The notes under the pieces are model-generated. The model was not told the origin of the DNA. It ran no database searches and saw only the letters and a list, made by a program, of their open reading frames with translations. Of a stretch of DNA of 64,000 nucleotides, positions 60,471 to 64,000 are shown piece after piece. The DNA lies in contig OY764216.1 in the NCBI GenBank assembly GCA_963668315.1, positions 3,104,001 to 3,168,000 on the forward strand, given 5' to 3'. A program made the translations under genes and the position numbers. How positions within the stretch are numbered: position 1 is the stretch's first letter; every line of letters begins with the position of its first letter. This DNA comes from Spirochaetia bacterium (lineage in GTDB: Bacteria; Spirochaetota; Spirochaetia; DSM-2461).

Positions 60471-60530
60471 ATCTAACAACTTGTTCAACTTGATAATTCC
60501 TTTTGTCATGCTTTTGGCATGCGCAAAAAG
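60471..60530 (+). repeat. attC 12, truncated (left half only)
   Basis: ATCTAAC...TGTCATGCTTTT...AAAAAG, then an IS end. Confidence 0.75.
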
Positions 60531-60570
60531 GGTATAAGCCGTATACATGGTGAACAAATACGCAATAATG
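60531..60570 (+). mobile_element. Orphan left end of an IS481 type B-like element
   Basis: GGTATAAGCCGTATACATGGTGAACAAATA vs type B left IR GGTATGAGCCGTATACATCGTGAACAAATA. Confidence 0.8.
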
Positions 60571-60618
60571 ATTTGCGAATTCCCTCTACGTACAATTCCC
60601 TTTTAAATGATCAATCCG

Positions 60619-60678
60619 TCTATACAGCAGGCTTCCGGGAAATGGCATGAACCATTTCCCGGAAGCCTGCTGTATAGA
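60619..60678. repeat. Perfect 27-bp inverted repeat with 6-nt loop
   Basis: TCTATACAGCAGGCTTCCGGGAAATGG-CATGAA-reverse complement. Confidence 0.9.
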
Positions 60679-60728
60679 TTCGCCGCTGGATATGAAGGGC
60701 GGATATAAATGAGTTCTACACGGAAGAT

Positions 60729-61019
60729 TTACCGGTTCCTTTTTTTTCCTTCCACAGAAAGAAAATCATTAAGGGTAAACTGTTTTTTGAGAACCGTTTC
60801 GCCCTCTTTAAGAATGTAGTAATCAGCTGTTACACCATAAATTTCCGCTTCCTTTTCCGTTTCTCCTTTACCTTCTATCGTTACTTTTGTGCCGATTTTC
60901 AAACTGTTAACCAGAATCTTATTCAACGTGTCAGAAACGTATCCTTCGATTATTTTTAATTCTTCAAAGGTAAAGTCTGAAAGAACTGCCTTAATATCAT
61001 CCACTCTGTTTTTCGCCAT
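60729..61019 (-). CDS. Hypothetical protein
   Basis: 96-aa ORF with AAGGAG RBS. Confidence 0.65.
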   Translation of the reverse strand: MAKNRVDDIKAVLSDFTFEELKIIEGYVSDTLNKILVNSLKIGTKVTIEGKGETEKEAEIYGVTADYYILKEGETVLKKQFTLNDFLSVEGKKRNR

Positions 61020-61147
61020 GGTATTACTCCTTATAATTATCTTAACAACTAGATTTGATTTGTCAAACTTTTTTTACAGGGATAGATGATTTCTTTTCAT
61101 TTTCTTAATCCCCTTTCCAGGGAAGGGGAGAGGAAAAAAACGATTAT

Positions 61148-61741
61148 CTATCGGCAGAAAGAGTTAAGAATGATTGTCAGATCTTCTCTGATCTTATTTA
61201 CAAGATCATAACTTCCGTCCATAAGGCACCAGTCGAAAAGAATCCCCCGACCGCTTCTGACAAGCAGGTTCGTGAGGGTTTCCCTGTCAATTCCTTCGTA
61301 GAAGTCTCCCTTTTCCAGTCCTGCGGAAATCACGTCTTGCAAATGACTGTAAATAGGGCGGTCCCTTTGAATGGCATATTTTTTATGGCTGGTTAGAAGA
61401 TGAACGTAGCTCTGGGCCGTCATTTCCCAGCCTAGTTCCTGCATGACACGTCCGGCTTCTTCAAAAAGACAGAGGATGTTCTCCCTGGTGCTTCTGTTGA
61501 AATCCAGAAGGGAAATGGAATTTTCCCAGAGATAATCAAGCTGTTCATGGGCCGTATTGATAATCTCTTCCTTCGATTTGAAGTGATAGTAAAAACTGCC
61601 TATGGAAATATCCGCCTTCTGGCAGATCTCTCTTATGGACACATCCTTATAACCTCTTTCTCTGAACAGTGAAATGGCAACTCGGGTGATTTTCAGTTTT
61701 GTTTCGATGGATTTTATCTGCTTTGTTTCTTTCTTATCCAT
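61148..61741 (-). CDS. TetR/AcrR family regulator
   Basis: GYKDVSIREICQKADISIGSFYYHFKSKEEI. Confidence 0.92.
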   Translation of the reverse strand: MDKKETKQIKSIETKLKITRVAISLFRERGYKDVSIREICQKADISIGSFYYHFKSKEEIINTAHEQLDYLWENSISLLDFNRSTRENILCLFEEAGRVMQELGWEMTAQSYVHLLTSHKKYAIQRDRPIYSHLQDVISAGLEKGDFYEGIDRETLTNLLVRSGRGILFDWCLMDGSYDLVNKIREDLTIILNSFCR

Positions 61742-61849
61742 AATGACTCTCCGCAGATAGTAAAGGATTATACTCTGTTATGCAATAAAACAAAATTTCG
61801 CAAATATAGATATTATTTTATTGATTTAAATGGAAACCTGTGCAATAAT

Positions 61850-61872
61850 AAAACTGAACAATGTTCGGTTTT
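61850..61872. promoter_or_regulatory. Palindrome, candidate TetR operator upstream of hypB
   Basis: AAAACTGAACA-A-TGTTCGGTTTT (one mismatch). Confidence 0.55.
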
Positions 61873-61881
61873 GGAGGATTT

Positions 61882-62553
61882 ATGAATCAGTACAAAATAA
61901 TTGAAATCAAAAAAAGTATCTACGAAAGCAATGATGTGAAGGCAGAGGCTCTGAAGACAAAGCTAAAAGAGCAGGGGATTTTTCTTATGAATCTCATGTC
62001 TTCCCCCGGGTCGGGAAAGACGACGACGGTCATGAGAACAATAGAAGCTCTCAAGGATTCATTTCGAATAGGTGTTCTGGAAGCGGATCTTGATTCCGAT
62101 GTGGATGCCGCAACGGTTTCCCGATCGGGTGCAAAGGTCATACAGCTTCATACGGGAGGGATGTGCCACCTGGACGCCGGCATGACCGAACAGGGACTGG
62201 ACGGGCTGGGGTTGGATGATGTCGATTTTGTTATCCTCGAGAATGTGGGAAATCTTATCTGTCCGGCGGAATTCGACACGGGGGCGACCCTGAATACCAT
62301 GATCCTCAGCGTACCTGAAGGTGATGATAAGCCCCTCAAGTACCCGACCATGTTCTCCAAAGTGGATGTTCTGATTGTGAATAAGATAGATGCGGCGGAT
62401 TTTTTTGACTTTGATCTCCAAGCCGTCAGGGAACGGGTGGAAAAGCTCAATCCCGGAATCAAGGTTTTTCCCCTATCGGCAAAGACAGGGGAAGGGGTGA
62501 AAGAGTGGACCGATTGGCTTAAGAACGAAGTTCTGAACGGGAAGGAGAATTAG
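61882..62553 (+). CDS. hypB: Hydrogenase nickel-incorporation GTPase
   Basis: SSPGSGKTT, CHLDA, ENVGNLICPAEFD, EGDDKPLKYP, NKID, SAKTGEG. Confidence 0.93.
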   Translation: MNQYKIIEIKKSIYESNDVKAEALKTKLKEQGIFLMNLMSSPGSGKTTTVMRTIEALKDSFRIGVLEADLDSDVDAATVSRSGAKVIQLHTGGMCHLDAGMTEQGLDGLGLDDVDFVILENVGNLICPAEFDTGATLNTMILSVPEGDDKPLKYPTMFSKVDVLIVNKIDAADFFDFDLQAVRERVEKLNPGIKVFPLSAKTGEGVKEWTDWLKNEVLNGKEN

Positions 62554-62556
62554 AGA

Positions 62557-64000
62557 ATGAATATATTTGCTGATCTTGAAGCTGAGAAGAATGATCTGAC
62601 GGGCATGTGGTTTCCCGAAGGATATGAGTGTAAATATAACGAGAAAGTACTGTTTCTGGCCAATATCATCGGCAACAGAAAAAGCGCCAGGGATTCATAT
62701 AAGTGGGAAGATCCGGAATATGTAATCCTGGAAGCTGGGATCGACGATGAGATGGCCGAGGTCGGTTTGGGACTGAAGCTTTACGATAAGCAGACCGCTG
62801 CGGATATAGCGAAAAAAGTGAATAAACCGGTGGATTACTGCCATGAGCAGCTGATGAAACTGGCCGTCTACGGAGCCTGTTTCGTTATTACCGAAGAGGG
62901 GGAGGATGTCTTCTGGGCCGAAACGTGGATACCCGGCGCCATGGAAGTTATCGTCAATAATCTCGAAAATGTGAAGAAATACCCGATCGTCGCCTATGCC
63001 ATGGAGGCTTACGGCCGTGTGCGGGGAGGCAAAAGCTCGGGCGCCTTCAAGCCCGGAGTCGGACTCATGCGTGTCATCCCTATCGAAACGGCCATCGATG
63101 GTAACAGTCACAGTGTCTCCTATGAGGAGATTTCGAAATACCTTAATGAGAATGATGTCTTTACCGTGACAGCATGTTCCTGCCGAACCGACAGGGAAGC
63201 CATGGGGGAGGGATGCGGTCATTTGAAGGAAGATATGTGCATTCAGATGGGCCATGCCGCTGAATTTTATATCAAGACCGGAAGGGGTCGGCAGATAACC
63301 CGGGAAGAGGCTTTTGAGATCATCAGGAAGGCCGAAGAGAACGGTCTGATGCATCAGATTCCCAATCTGGACGGAAGCGGAAAAACCCATGCCATCTGTA
63401 ACTGCTGCGGCTGCGGCTGTCTCTCTTTGCGGTCTGCCGCCATGTTTAAAAACACCGATATGGTCCGGTCGAACTATGTGGCCCGGGTGAATCCCGACAA
63501 TTGTGTGGCCTGCGGACAGTGCGTGGAAAACTGTCCTGTGAACGCCCTTCAGCTGGGGCAGAAGCTCTGCTCCTCAAAGGATGTGGTAACCGATATCACG
63601 ACCAGGGATACACCCCGTGACCTGAAATGGACCGAGGATTTCTGGAATCCCGAGTATCGGACAAATCGGAAGAATGTCGTGGAAACGGGAACGGCGCCCT
63701 GCAAAACTGCCTGTCCCGCCCATATCGCAGTACAGGGCTATATCAAGCTGGCGGCCCAGGGCCGTTACCGGGAAGCCCTTGAGTTGATCAAACACGAAAA
63801 TCCCCTGCCGGCAATCTGCGGAAGAATCTGCAACCGCCGCTGTGAAGATGCCTGTACAAGAGGAGATATTGACGCTCCCCTTGCCATTGACGAAATAAAA
63901 AAGTTTATTTCCGAGATAGAACTAGACAAGAACTGCCGCTTTATTCCCGAAAAACGCCATGATTACAGCGATAAGAAAATCGCTATCATCGGTTCCGGAC
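62557..64000 (+). CDS. Multi-Fe-S / FAD-NAD(P) oxidoreductase (GltD-like C-terminal module), 3' truncated by window
   Basis: Hand translation gives CSCR, CNCCGCGC, CVACGQCVENCP, APCKTACPAH, CGRICNRRCE and KIAIIGSG. Confidence 0.85.
   Translation, partial: MNIFADLEAEKNDLTGMWFPEGYECKYNEKVLFLANIIGNRKSARDSYKWEDPEYVILEAGIDDEMAEVGLGLKLYDKQTAADIAKKVNKPVDYCHEQLMKLAVYGACFVITEEGEDVFWAETWIPGAMEVIVNNLENVKKYPIVAYAMEAYGRVRGGKSSGAFKPGVGLMRVIPIETAIDGNSHSVSYEEISKYLNENDVFTVTACSCRTDREAMGEGCGHLKEDMCIQMGHAAEFYIKTGRGRQITREEAFEIIRKAEENGLMHQIPNLDGSGKTHAICNCCGCGCLSLRSAAMFKNTDMVRSNYVARVNPDNCVACGQCVENCPVNALQLGQKLCSSKDVVTDITTRDTPRDLKWTEDFWNPEYRTNRKNVVETGTAPCKTACPAHIAVQGYIKLAAQGRYREALELIKHENPLPAICGRICNRRCEDACTRGDIDAPLAIDEIKKFISEIELDKNCRFIPEKRHDYSDKKIAIIGSG

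Larger units (their letters stand above)
30145..60530. mobile_element. Chromosomal integron with about 13 cassettes
   Basis: intI, attI and 12 related attC sites; AT-rich, co-oriented cassette ORFs. Confidence 0.93.

Noticed and set aside
36703..60530. CRISPR array interpretation of the recurring repeats
   Set aside because: Repeats are gene-spaced palindromic attC sites; no constant repeat-spacer period and no cas genes

Overview
The window has three parts. (1) 1-30.1 kb is a GC-balanced chromosomal backbone whose gene content suggests a free-living anaerobic spirochaete (inference). It carries tetR with a flavinylated reductase, an amino-sugar operon (ROK, PPi-PFK, PIG-L, SIS), RNHCP-rsgA with a leader peptide, clpP, purC, an nrpR-like gene, a CCC transporter, rnfCDGEAB (rnfB frameshifted), a GH57-like gene and thiI. 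(2) 30.1-60.5 kb is an AT-rich chromosomal integron: intI on the minus strand, an attI crossover at 31521, and about 13 cassettes delimited by 12 attC sites. Boundaries were checked by matching each cassette's GTT start to its own inverse core. Cargo: a PIN plus large helical protein, a restriction-nuclease/ImmA-IrrE fusion, two copies of a MazEF-type TA cassette with a heptamer VNTR, a serine hydrolase with an archaeal-type riboflavin kinase, a HAD hydrolase, two ORF-less cassettes, AlbA_2 and AAA ATPases, a Fic fragment and a PNPOx-like protein. Ten IS copies (IS481, IS3, IS256 families) plus one orphan IS end riddle the array. Three IS481-family insertions sit 14-15 bp downstream of attI/attC crossover points. 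(3) 60.6-64 kb returns to backbone: tetR, hypB and a Fe-S/FAD oxidoreductase cut by the window end. All calls come from reading the sequence; no database searches were run.
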